DNA of 64,000 nt from an uncultured Armatimonadetes bacterium (GTDB lineage: Bacteria; Armatimonadota; UBA5829; DTJY01): the NCBI GenBank assembly GCA_963717145.1, contig OY970325.1, positions 896,001 through 960,000 on the forward strand. Direction: 5' to 3'. Position 1 is the stretch's first letter. Each line of letters opens with the position of its first letter. Below, piece by piece: positions 1 to 9,203 of the stretch. Below the pieces are notes generated by a model. That model worked only from the letters and a program-made list of their open reading frames with translations. It was not told where the DNA came from and did not search any database. The position numbers and the translations under genes are program-made.

Positions 1-79
1 CATCGAAAACTCGGGGGAAATCCTTCGACTGCTCGTCTCCCCACGTGATCGTCTGACATGCGATTGCGAACTGGCTCAT
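1..79 (-). CDS. Probable sugar phosphate isomerase/epimerase (TIM barrel), 5' end only; runs off the window
   Basis: ATG at 79 overlaps the upstream gene's TGA (ATGA) and reads MSQFAIACQTITWGDEQSKDFPRVFD; the 'CQTITWG' start resembles xylose-isomerase-like TIM barrel proteins. Confidence 0.45.
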   Translation of the reverse strand, partial: MSQFAIACQTITWGDEQSKDFPRVFD

Positions 80-1668
80 CTCTCATGCACCTCCACGCTT
101 ACCTCATTATCAGTCACGCGCCGGAGGATTACCTCCGAGTCGCCGAACCGGTAGCGGATCTCGTCGGGGTGGCCGAGCATGCCCGCGATCTGCTCGTAGA
201 CCTCGCGCACCTGGAAGTCGTCGGTCAGGACGAACTTCCCCTTGCCCTCGGTTAGCACCCTCACGCCCGAGTCCCAGTCGGAGAAGCCGTGCTTCTTCGC
301 CAGCGGACCCCATGCCACGCAGACCGCACCCTCGTTCACGCATCGGCGGACCGCGTCCATCGTCGGCCCGCTGATCTGCGTCCCGGTGAGGAACAGGAGC
401 GGGACTCCCTTGAGAAGATCATACCCGGCCTTGTGATCGTACACCACGACGCCGTTCAGCGGCACGAAGAACCGATGGAGGTCCGCCTGCACCGGGCGCG
501 TCAGGTAGTTCGGCGATGCCCCCTCCGGGACCTGCTGGTATCCGTATGAAGCGGTCCATGCCTTGAAGTAGGAGAGCCCGTCGCGGCCCGTCTTGCCGTG
601 AGTGAGAAGGTTCCAGATCCCGAACCAGGCCTCGGTGTCCGGATTGCTGTGCAGCTTCGGTGAGCCGAAGAGGTTGTCCGGGAAGGCCGCGCAGAATCGC
701 TGTCCGTGGCAGGTGTCGTCGAACCGGATGATCGCCGCGTTGGGCTTCACGTCGCGGAACGTCCACTTGCGGGGATGGGCGGGGACGTATTCCCGGCAGA
801 ACGACTTCAGGACCTCGCCGTGGGGGGTGAGCTTGCCGGTCGAGGAGTCGATCAGCGAGAACGGGATGCCCGCCTTCCCCGCCGGCTTGAGGTTGTAGCC
901 CGCGCCTTCGATGTAGATCAGGTCCGCGCCGAGCCAGTACGCGAGCAGGAGGTTGCTCTTCATCTCCTCCGCCGTGTGGCCCGGAATCTGATCCCAGAAC
1001 CAGAGATCGCAGTCGGCCCAAAGCTCGGTCCCGTACTGCTTCGCCGCTCCCATGCCGATCGCGAGACTCACCGACGAGTAGAACTCCTTGCAGATCTTCG
1101 GGCAGACCGTGAACCCGGCTTCTCCGGCGAGATGGAGCATCACCGGCCAGACGTGGGTCGCGGTCACAGGCGCTCCGAGCGCGCCGAACTTCGATCGGAG
1201 CGCCTTGTACGCGCCGAGAGTTTCGGTGTAAGCCTGATCGAGCGTCTCGAACTTCCTGTAGTCGACGAGCCATGCGGGCGCGTAGTTGTTCATCAGCCGG
1301 CAGTGCTCCAACTCATCGAACACGACGCCCCTGAACCGGCTGCTCCCGCTCTCCTTCGCGGACCGGACGCACTCATCGGGCGGATCGATCATGTGGCATG
1401 CGATCGAGAAGTCGAGGTTGAGGCGCTGGCAGAGGCCGAGCATCGCCTTGTTGACCTCATCGGCGGGCAGATCGCCCGCGCTGGCGGAGGTGTTGACGTA
1501 GTAGTTGATGTAGCCGATCCCCATCTCGCGCAGGGAGTCCTCGACCGCCTGCGTCACGGGCACCTGGGTGGGCATCTCGATGCCGACCTTGAACCGGGGT
1601 GGGGCGGCGCTCGATGGGAGTGTCGCGATCAGGAGCGCGATGAGCACGATGCAGGTCATAGGTGTCAT
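76..1668 (-). CDS. Secreted hypothetical protein, possibly glycoside-hydrolase-like
   Basis: 530-aa ORF with GC3-rich codons and a signal peptide (CIVLIALLIATLPSSA); in an operon with a six-hairpin glycosidase-like gene. Confidence 0.6.
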   Translation of the reverse strand: MTPMTCIVLIALLIATLPSSAAPPRFKVGIEMPTQVPVTQAVEDSLREMGIGYINYYVNTSASAGDLPADEVNKAMLGLCQRLNLDFSIACHMIDPPDECVRSAKESGSSRFRGVVFDELEHCRLMNNYAPAWLVDYRKFETLDQAYTETLGAYKALRSKFGALGAPVTATHVWPVMLHLAGEAGFTVCPKICKEFYSSVSLAIGMGAAKQYGTELWADCDLWFWDQIPGHTAEEMKSNLLLAYWLGADLIYIEGAGYNLKPAGKAGIPFSLIDSSTGKLTPHGEVLKSFCREYVPAHPRKWTFRDVKPNAAIIRFDDTCHGQRFCAAFPDNLFGSPKLHSNPDTEAWFGIWNLLTHGKTGRDGLSYFKAWTASYGYQQVPEGASPNYLTRPVQADLHRFFVPLNGVVVYDHKAGYDLLKGVPLLFLTGTQISGPTMDAVRRCVNEGAVCVAWGPLAKKHGFSDWDSGVRVLTEGKGKFVLTDDFQVREVYEQIAGMLGHPDEIRYRFGDSEVILRRVTDNEVSVEVHER

Positions 1669-1675
1669 GGTGTCG

Positions 1676-3307
1676 TCATCTCCTCGGCTTGATGGTCAGA
1701 TCGGCGTGGGATACGTCGGTCAGGGTGCGCCAGACGTAGCCCTCTCCGGACGGGAGCCGGACTCCGAGCCTGGGGATCGTCTGCCCGGCTCGGAGTTTCA
1801 GGGTGAAATGCGCCTGGCCGTCGTTCATCTCGAACAGGATCTCCGCCCGCACGATGCCGCTCAGCGTCCTGATCGGCCAGTTCGTCGCCCGGACGCCTTT
1901 CCACGAGGGCGGGACTCGCGGGATGATTCTGACTCCCCCGCTGAGCGACGAATCATCGACCCCAAGCATCAGTCGGGCCGCCTTCAACGGCTCACTGACG
2001 TTCACCAGATTGAGGGGGCCGCATCCGCCCGACAGCCCGGTCTTGCCGATCGCGTCCGGCGACCAACTCTGCTCGCAGAAGTAGTACCGGCACAGTCGCC
2101 CGAAGCCGTAGTCGACGCCCTGGTTCTCGTAGGTGGACTTCGCGATCCACTCGGCGAGCTTGCCGGCCATGTCTATCTTATCGTAGAGGAGCATCATCTG
2201 CAGCGCGTAACCGTTCCCGTAGGCGCAGGATGAGTTGAGCCCGAGGCGGAGGACATCGAACTGCGTCCAGATGCCGTACCTCTCGAACTGCTCCCTCCGC
2301 AGCGGGACCGCGTACAGCTTGTCGAACGTTGCGAGGCAGTGGTCCGCGCCCGACCATTCCGATTCCAGGGGAAGCAGGCCGAGGGAGTCGGAGTACATGC
2401 ATGCGACTCCGTTCAGCCCGCCGAAGCCCTTGTTGATCTCGTGGTCGATGATCGCCGGATCGGGCTTGAGCGACTTCGGGTCGATGCACCAGATCCACGC
2501 GCCGTCCGTATCGACCAGGTACTTCGCCATGTTGTCGCGCAACTTGCGGGCGTCCCGGCGGTAGATCGCCGAGAGCTTCTTGTCCCCGGCCTGGTCCTCC
2601 ATCTGAGCCGCCGAGAGGAGGGCCAGCATCGAGAGGTTGTTCTGCACGACGTTGCACCACTCCCCAGGGATGCCGCATCCACCGCCGAACTCGCCCGTGC
2701 CCGCGAGGAGTGGGACCTGCTCCAGGCGCTTGTGGATGTATCGGACGGGCGAGGCGTCCTGATGGAGGAATTCGTATATCTTCGCCCTGAACGGATGCTC
2801 CTCGGGAAGTCGCTGCCAGAGGAGGACCATGCCGATGATGATTGAGGACGTGCCGTCGAGTTCCGCGCCCGACTTCTTGTCGCGCGGACCGAAGTACTCG
2901 GGGAACGAGAAGAAGCCCTCCGCGTTTCGGTCGACCTGCGTCATCAGGCAGTCGGCAGTCAGGCACGCGTGCTCGAAGTTCCCCCAGAGCGCCAACTCGC
3001 GCATGAACGTTCCGCCGTCGCGCGTCCAGAATGTGCCCGACCACCCCTGCGGGATGGGCGACGCGTGGAGGAATCCCGGCGGGTAGCCGCCGTTGGTGTC
3101 CGAGACGAAGTTTCGCTTCAGGACGCCCGAGTAGGAGCAGGCGATCTCCTTCGTGAAGAGGTCGGCCATCTCGGACCCGAAGAACTCGATCGAGCCGGGA
3201 CAATCGGCATCGAGATCGACCGGCAGCCCGGCCTTGACAGCGGCGATCATCACGAGAGAGAGTATTGCCGGCAGCAGGAGTGTTCTTGTTTTCATCCTAT
3301 ATAGCAT
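1676..3307 (-). CDS. Secreted six-hairpin (alpha/alpha)6 glycosidase-like protein
   Basis: 543 aa with a signal peptide; FWTRDG and ELDGT motifs resemble GH15/GH63/GH78-like barrels. Confidence 0.6.
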   Translation of the reverse strand: MLYRMKTRTLLLPAILSLVMIAAVKAGLPVDLDADCPGSIEFFGSEMADLFTKEIACSYSGVLKRNFVSDTNGGYPPGFLHASPIPQGWSGTFWTRDGGTFMRELALWGNFEHACLTADCLMTQVDRNAEGFFSFPEYFGPRDKKSGAELDGTSSIIIGMVLLWQRLPEEHPFRAKIYEFLHQDASPVRYIHKRLEQVPLLAGTGEFGGGCGIPGEWCNVVQNNLSMLALLSAAQMEDQAGDKKLSAIYRRDARKLRDNMAKYLVDTDGAWIWCIDPKSLKPDPAIIDHEINKGFGGLNGVACMYSDSLGLLPLESEWSGADHCLATFDKLYAVPLRREQFERYGIWTQFDVLRLGLNSSCAYGNGYALQMMLLYDKIDMAGKLAEWIAKSTYENQGVDYGFGRLCRYYFCEQSWSPDAIGKTGLSGGCGPLNLVNVSEPLKAARLMLGVDDSSLSGGVRIIPRVPPSWKGVRATNWPIRTLSGIVRAEILFEMNDGQAHFTLKLRAGQTIPRLGVRLPSGEGYVWRTLTDVSHADLTIKPRR

Positions 3308-3439
3308 CTTGGCGGTCGAGGGTCATTCATCCTGCTGCGGAACTCGGTGAACATTTGCCGCGTATGATCGTCTAGAGCTGCAGAGGCCGGTCATCTCCCG
3401 ACGGCGTGACATTCGATGCAATACGGAGGAACATAAGAT

Positions 3440-4096
3440 ATGAAACTGAAGAGAATTGCGCTCCTGGTGGCGCTGATCGTTGGAGTCGCCTTCGCGGCGG
3501 CATATGCAGCGCCGGTAGCGAAGCAGAAGATGGCCGGACGACCGGGGCACTGCCTCGCATTCCTGAAGACCCTCAACCTGACCGACGACCAGAAGGCTCA
3601 GGGCAAGCAGATCTTCCAGGCCTCACGCGAGAAGATGAAGGCGCTCTGGACCGACAAGACTCTTACTCGCGAGCAGAAGGCGGCTCAGATGAAGGAGATT
3701 CGTCGGACCGGGCTGATGGAGTTCCGAGGGATTCTGAACCCGGATCAGCAGGCGAAATTCGACAAGGCGATCAAGAAGGCCGGGCAGCGCATCGGCGAGC
3801 GGCGAGGGGAGATTCGCTCGAAGCTGGCGATGGTCGCGAAGGCGTTGAACTTGACCGACGACCAGAAGGCGCAGATCAAGCAGATCGTGGCCGGGCACAA
3901 GGACGAGTTGAAGGCGCTCAAAGAGGACACGAAGCTCACCCGCGAGCAGAAGATGGCCCAGTTCAAGCAGATCCGCGAGTCGATCCGGACCGAGATCAGG
4001 GGCATTCTGACTCCCGATCAGCAGCAGAAGTTCGACCAGATCGTCTCGAAGATCGGCGAGCGGATGAGAGGGCGCAGGGTGCCCGCGAAGAAGTAG
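3440..4096 (+). CDS. Spy/CpxP-like periplasmic protein (LTXXQ repeats, internally duplicated)
   Basis: GGAGGA RBS, signal peptide, repeated LNLTDDQK / LTREQK / ILTPDQQ motifs. Confidence 0.85.
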   Translation: MKLKRIALLVALIVGVAFAAAYAAPVAKQKMAGRPGHCLAFLKTLNLTDDQKAQGKQIFQASREKMKALWTDKTLTREQKAAQMKEIRRTGLMEFRGILNPDQQAKFDKAIKKAGQRIGERRGEIRSKLAMVAKALNLTDDQKAQIKQIVAGHKDELKALKEDTKLTREQKMAQFKQIRESIRTEIRGILTPDQQQKFDQIVSKIGERMRGRRVPAKK

Positions 4097-4121
4097 ATCA
4101 TCATCCGACTGACACACACTC

Positions 4122-4156
4122 AAAGGCCCGAGGGACTCCTTCTCCCCCGGGCCTCT
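4122..4156. terminator. Probable intrinsic terminator hairpin between convergent genes
   Basis: AGGCCCGAGGG...CCCCCGGGCCT stem just after the stop at 4096. Confidence 0.6.
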
Positions 4157-4204
4157 GATCCATTAGCATTGCGTCAGCGTGACCTGTCCGAGCCACAACC
4201 GGGA

Positions 4205-6322
4205 TCAAGGTTCGTCCGGGTCTAGCTGGTTATCAAACACCTCTTCACTATCATCAGCGGTCTCTGCAGCTGCTATGGCCACAAGGGCGACACGACCGCT
4301 GCATCCTACATTGCAGGGGAACGGTGGCTCACAGGTAGCGTATAAGGTCCTGCCATCAAAGACGAACTTCATCTGCTTCCAAGGCACCGGCGCGGTCCCG
4401 GTGGCGCTTGCGATGGCAGCCCGTTGGTGATCCACCACAACCTGGGGTTCTGGATAGTCCAGACTTGCGCGGCCTGGCGTCACTGAAACCACCTTGCCAT
4501 GCAACAAGCACTGGGGCATGCTCTCAACAGTCCAGCTTGGTTTGTCCTCAAGCGGTTTTGATAGAAGCCTAAGAGCGTAGTCCCGCATCTCAGCCTTCAC
4601 CGGCTTGACCAGTCTCTCTTGGATCTCCGGGATACATCGCTTCGCTGGCCCGCGACTGAATGACGCCGCTACCTCATTGAAAGTGCGCTCAAGAAACTGC
4701 TCGAAGGCGAATAACTGAGAGGACAGTTCACTTCTTGACCTCGGTGATGACCGAAACGGGTCATCTCGCATCGTGCGGCGGTGCACTGACTGGCAATACG
4801 ACCTGGACACAGCTAAGGAGTCAATGTAGACGCGTCCTGCTGGGGTTATCTCCAGACCATCACTGCTTTCCTCGAGTAGTCCATGGCTCAGCAGCACAGT
4901 TATAGTAGCATCGATGTGTGTCTGCTGGATCTTATCAGGCCAACCCAAGAGGATGCCTTGGGCTACCTCAGCCCGTGGAACAGGTTGTTCGCGAACGTAG
5001 CCAAGGTAAGCAGGCATCAGGCAGAGCGGACGTAGCCATACGCCTAGAGCGCCCCCGTTGAAGCCGCTGAGGTTGCAGTCATACAGGTTGATGATGGATC
5101 CTCCACTGGGTCCCTGGCCTTCAGGTCTCTCTAGTTCGGTGTATCGCTCGTTCGTCCCGAGAACGAGTGGCATGATCAGGTTCCGAACGGGCACTTTGGT
5201 GGGTTCAAGGCCAGAGATAGCACGCCTAATCAACTCCATCGGCAGGTGCCCGGATTTCAGCGTCGTCACGATATGCGACAACGCAGCCGTCCGACTTGTC
5301 TCATTGGACAATCTAGTAACCAGATCCAGAAAGCTCATCGGGGGCGAGTCGGGGACAGCCCGGAACTTATCCTGCATAACTAACAGCAGGTGACGCAGCA
5401 CAGCTGTGAAGTCCTTGACGGGCCATACAATGGTTGGGCTGATGCGTATCTGTATGTGAGAAAACAGATCATCCATTTCCCCGTTATCCGCCAGGTAGGA
5501 AATCCGTTGATGCATAATATCGGCCAACGTAGCAGCTTGCTTATCGTGAAACGCGGGTAGAGGGCAGAAGTGCTTCGGGTAATTCCTCTGAAGACACTCA
5601 CTCGTTTCCGGTCGGATACAGATGGCAATAGGACACGGATACTCTCGATGGAGCTCTTCCCTAAGTACTATGATGTTTCGCTGGTGTTCCTCGTCCGCTT
5701 GATCTACGTTGTCAATGAGAAGCAGAAAGTGCCGACCCTGGCTGCGGAGACCTTCAATCACCCCGCGCATGATCGCTGGCCGGTTCACATTGATGAGGGC
5801 AGCGTCCGGCACTCCTCCGGCACCGAGCATAGTAAAGCACGAGCAGAAGACTTGTATTCTGCCTGCCACGCTGGGGACCATCTGGGACAGGATATCGGCA
5901 TTGCTGCAGATGAATTGATCTATATGCTTATTGATCTTGTCACGCCAGTTGGATCCTCCGGTGTCGTACTCAACCAGAACCGCTACAGTGGAGTTACCAC
6001 TCTGCAATGATCGTTTGGTGAGAGCGAAATGCGAGAAATACTCGGTCTTCCCTACGCCGGGGTCACCGATCATAACTAGCATGCTAGGAGAGCCCTTTGC
6101 AGCGAAATCATCAAGACGCTTGTCCCAAAGCTCCTCGTCGGGTGTCGTAACGTAGCATGAGTCTGCGAAATCCTTGAACCTTGGTATCGCCTCTCCAGAC
6201 AGAGAGTGATACAGTCGCCCGAACAGATCGGTCAAATCAGTCGCTGCATACTCGTGTATCGGGCTGTAGAAGTTGGCTGTCTTGTCGCGACGGTCCCACC
6301 GCGCCCACATCTCCATTTCCAT
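4205..6322 (-). CDS. P-loop NTPase (STAND/Cdc6-like) with a C-terminal winged-helix-like region
   Basis: 705 aa; Walker A GDPGVGKT, Walker B LLLIDNVD, wHTH-like LLSHGLLEE..LEITPAG; GGAGG RBS; codon usage less GC3-biased than neighbours. Confidence 0.75.
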   Translation of the reverse strand: MEMEMWARWDRRDKTANFYSPIHEYAATDLTDLFGRLYHSLSGEAIPRFKDFADSCYVTTPDEELWDKRLDDFAAKGSPSMLVMIGDPGVGKTEYFSHFALTKRSLQSGNSTVAVLVEYDTGGSNWRDKINKHIDQFICSNADILSQMVPSVAGRIQVFCSCFTMLGAGGVPDAALINVNRPAIMRGVIEGLRSQGRHFLLLIDNVDQADEEHQRNIIVLREELHREYPCPIAICIRPETSECLQRNYPKHFCPLPAFHDKQAATLADIMHQRISYLADNGEMDDLFSHIQIRISPTIVWPVKDFTAVLRHLLLVMQDKFRAVPDSPPMSFLDLVTRLSNETSRTAALSHIVTTLKSGHLPMELIRRAISGLEPTKVPVRNLIMPLVLGTNERYTELERPEGQGPSGGSIINLYDCNLSGFNGGALGVWLRPLCLMPAYLGYVREQPVPRAEVAQGILLGWPDKIQQTHIDATITVLLSHGLLEESSDGLEITPAGRVYIDSLAVSRSYCQSVHRRTMRDDPFRSSPRSRSELSSQLFAFEQFLERTFNEVAASFSRGPAKRCIPEIQERLVKPVKAEMRDYALRLLSKPLEDKPSWTVESMPQCLLHGKVVSVTPGRASLDYPEPQVVVDHQRAAIASATGTAPVPWKQMKFVFDGRTLYATCEPPFPCNVGCSGRVALVAIAAAETADDSEEVFDNQLDPDEP

Positions 6323-6569
6323 GACGACCCTCCATGAATATGATCACCACTGGTCCGTGCCCCCTGCGTGGATCGCTGCAATGGCCGCCGACCTATGAGG
6401 GCGCACGCAGTGAGCTATCCTAACAAGGCCCTTCAAGAGTATAACCCGGACTTACCAATCTGTCAATAGGCAGGTTTGTCCCTCTGTGAGCCGATTGGGG
6501 CGGACAGGAGCATCCACGCGAGCGGGGTTTGACTCTAGTCTCGCACGTTCCGGTGGATCATGCTGTTCA

Positions 6570-6780
6570 TCCTTCCATCGGCATCGCACGTCGATCTCAT
6601 GCTTGCGAAGGGTTTCCAGGAAGCTTCGATGGTGTCCTGGATGTTGGCGAAGGCTCCTTCCCGTGTCTCGCCCTCGCTCACGCAGCCGGGAAGGGCAGGG
6701 CAGGTCACGACGTAGCCGCCCTCTTTGGCTGCCTCGATGCGTCAGTGATGGGTTCCACCTCTCCTCACAGTGAACTCCAC
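6570..6780 (-). pseudogene. hicB: HicB-family antitoxin remnant
   Basis: Manual translation MEFTV-[RRGGTHH*]-RIEAAKEGGYVVTCPALPGCVSEGETREGAFANIQDTIE, then a frameshift to FLETLRKHEIDV; classic HicB motif with an in-frame stop and a frameshift. Confidence 0.75.
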
Positions 6781-6932
6781 TCTGCTGCTGTCCTGCTACG
6801 GCTAGTGGAAGCTCTGGAGCGGTTCGCTGTGTCACCCCCTTCGGCCAGACTGAACTCAGCCCGCAGATGGCTAATGGCACCGCTGAAGGTCAGTTGGTGT
6901 CTCTTGAACACTCTATGGGTGTCGGGACCCAG

Positions 6933-7928
6933 TCATTTGACATACCTCTCCTCAACCTTACCCTCTTCGTCTGGATCGAAGACCCAGAACCGTCTGAGAT
7001 AGGCTTCGCTTGTCATGCCTAGGGCACAGAAGTAACGGAAGAATTGGTCGGTATCGGGCAGAGAGAAGCCGATCACATATATGTCCTCAGCTTCAGCCAA
7101 CTCACCCGCGGCAGCCTGCCATACCTCGGCAATCTCATGATATCTGTAACCCTTGTTGTACGTTGGGGGAACAATGAGCGGCCTGCACGGCCCCGTATGC
7201 CCGCATGTGTAAGTGAACGTACCCAGGAGAAACCGTCCGAGTGGTCGACCACCAGAACCCATGTCCTCCAGCTCATCCTTGTGGAAGCGCAGTGTGGCTA
7301 GATGCTTCCCAATGCTCCACCACGTAGGCTTCCCGCATTGTTCGCAGAACGTCCAGTTCAACGAGCCATGCAGCTTAAGCAGACTGATCCCGTCGTCTCG
7401 GCATTCGTTCAGACAGTAGTTTGGCTCGAGGCCTGCGTGATATAGCGCGTGATCTACGCATGGGTCGTAGTTGAAAGTCAGTACCGATACCGAAGGGGTA
7501 TCGGTAGACTCATTGTGTCTGATGACACGAAGCAGATCACCGAACGCAGCATACGCACCGGGCGGAACAAGACCTTCACCTCCGGGTCCTGGACTCAAAG
7601 CTATTGTTGCCCCAAGCGTCTGTGCGATGAGCCGTTCCATCGCAGAAGGAAGCTCTCCTACCTGCTCGGTTCCCATGGTTCCCAGCCTTCCGAGTAGACT
7701 GGCCATCTCAAAAGCCGCGAACAGGGATTCTACGTTCCGGTAGTCGATCAGTGCATTGGAATGAGTAGAAAGAAGCTGGTTACGGGCGCGGAGTACGAGA
7801 TCGGCATCGTCCGACGGAATCCTACCAGACTTGCTCAACTGCTGCGCTACGTCAAGGAAGTTTGCCATCACAGGTGCTCCTGCCTCAACCGACGCCCCTG
7901 CTCCCAGAATAAAGACTGTCTCAGCCAT
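6933..7928 (-). CDS. SIR2-like (SIR2_2) NAD-binding/NADase protein; probable premature TGA at 6933-6935
   Basis: ILGAGAS, LTFNYD, LKLHGSLNW, CxxC, IVPPT, VIGFSLPDTD motifs; the frame stays open past the TGA until 6765. Confidence 0.85.
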   Translation of the reverse strand: MAETVFILGAGASVEAGAPVMANFLDVAQQLSKSGRIPSDDADLVLRARNQLLSTHSNALIDYRNVESLFAAFEMASLLGRLGTMGTEQVGELPSAMERLIAQTLGATIALSPGPGGEGLVPPGAYAAFGDLLRVIRHNESTDTPSVSVLTFNYDPCVDHALYHAGLEPNYCLNECRDDGISLLKLHGSLNWTFCEQCGKPTWWSIGKHLATLRFHKDELEDMGSGGRPLGRFLLGTFTYTCGHTGPCRPLIVPPTYNKGYRYHEIAEVWQAAAGELAEAEDIYVIGFSLPDTDQFFRYFCALGMTSEAYLRRFWVFDPDEEGKVEERYVK

Positions 7929-8038
7929 CCGCCACTCCTTGCTGTGCTGCCTTCACCATTTGGGGTAACCAGTAAGCACATAGGCCCTAGAGGTCACGCT
8001 ACCACCAGAGCCTATGTGCCTCTGTAACTAAGCGAGCA

Positions 8039-9109
8039 TCAGGCCATATCGGTCACGAACTGGGCGACCATGTCGCCGACCTCGGTGGTCGAGTAGCCCA
8101 TCTTGCCCGCGGTCATGCTCTTCATCTTCTCGCCGGTCGCCTGCGCGATCGCCTTGTCGACGAGGTCGGCCGCCTTCTGCCTCGCCGAGCGTCTCCAGCA
8201 TCATCTGCAGCGCGCCGATCGCCGCCAGCGGGTTGATGACGTTCTTGCCCGTGTACTTCGGGCGCCGAGCCGCCGATCGGCTCGAACATCGAGACGCCCT
8301 CGGGGTTGATGTTGCCGCCCGCCGCGATCCCCATGCCGCCCTGAATCATCGCGCCCAGGTCGGTGATGATGTCGCCGAACATGTTGTCGGTCACGATCAC
8401 GTCGAACCACTCCGGGTTCTTGACCATCCACATGGTGGTCGCGTCGACGTGCGCGTAGTCGGTCTTGATGTCGGGGTACTCCTTCGCCACCTCGTAGAAC
8501 GCGCGCTCCCAGAGGTCGAAGGCGAAGGTCAGGACGTTGGTCTTGCCGCAGAGGGTCAGCTTCTTCCGCTTGTTGCGCTTCCGGCAGTACTCGAACGCGT
8601 AGCGGAGGCAGCGCTCGACGCCCTTGCGCGTGTTGATCGACTCCTGGATCGCGACCTCGTCCGGCGTGCCCTTCTTCAGGACGCCGCCCGCGCCGGTGTA
8701 GAGGCCCTCGGTGTTCTCGCGGACGACCACGAAGTCGATGTCCTCCGGGCCCTTGTCCTTGAGCGGGGTCTCGACGCCCGGGTAGAGCTTCACCGGGCGC
8801 AGGTTGATGTACTGGTCGAGCGCGAACCGCAGCGCGAGCAGAATGCCCTTCTCGAGGATGCCCGGCTTCACGTCGGGATGGCCGATCGCGCCGAGGTAGA
8901 TCGCGTCGTACTGGCGCATCTCGTCGGCCGCGTCGTCCGGCAGCACCTCGCCCGTCGCAGATAGCGGTCGCCGCCCCAGTCGTAATGCGTCGGTCTCATA
9001 CTTGAATCCGGTCGCCTTCGCTGCCGCCTCGAGGACCTTGAGTCCCTCGCGGACGACCTCCGGGCCCGGTGCCGTCGCCGCCGATGACGGCTATCTTGTA
9101 AGTCTTCAA
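8039..9109 (-). CDS. leuB: 3-isopropylmalate dehydrogenase (isocitrate/IPM dehydrogenase family), several frameshifts in this sequence
   Basis: AGGAGG RBS, TTG start [54 protein letters not shown], ends [17 protein letters not shown]; frameshifts near 9060, 8990, 8960 and 8190-8265. Confidence 0.85.
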
Positions 9110-9167
9110 AAGTCTATCTACCTCCTAGCTCTATGATTGCGGTTGGCCCACGTGCGGGGCCGCGCTC

Positions 9168-9196
9168 AGTATAGGCGATTATGCCTTCTATTGCAA
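9168..9196 (-). promoter_or_regulatory. Sigma70-type promoter of leuB
   Basis: TTGCAA-17 bp-TATACT on the minus strand. Confidence 0.55.
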
Positions 9197-9203
9197 GTGC
9201 TCG

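Noticed and set aside
6933-6935. Selenocysteine codon in the Sir2-like gene
   Set aside because: The position looks like a hydrophobic helix residue rather than a catalytic Cys, and no clear SECIS-like hairpin was identified
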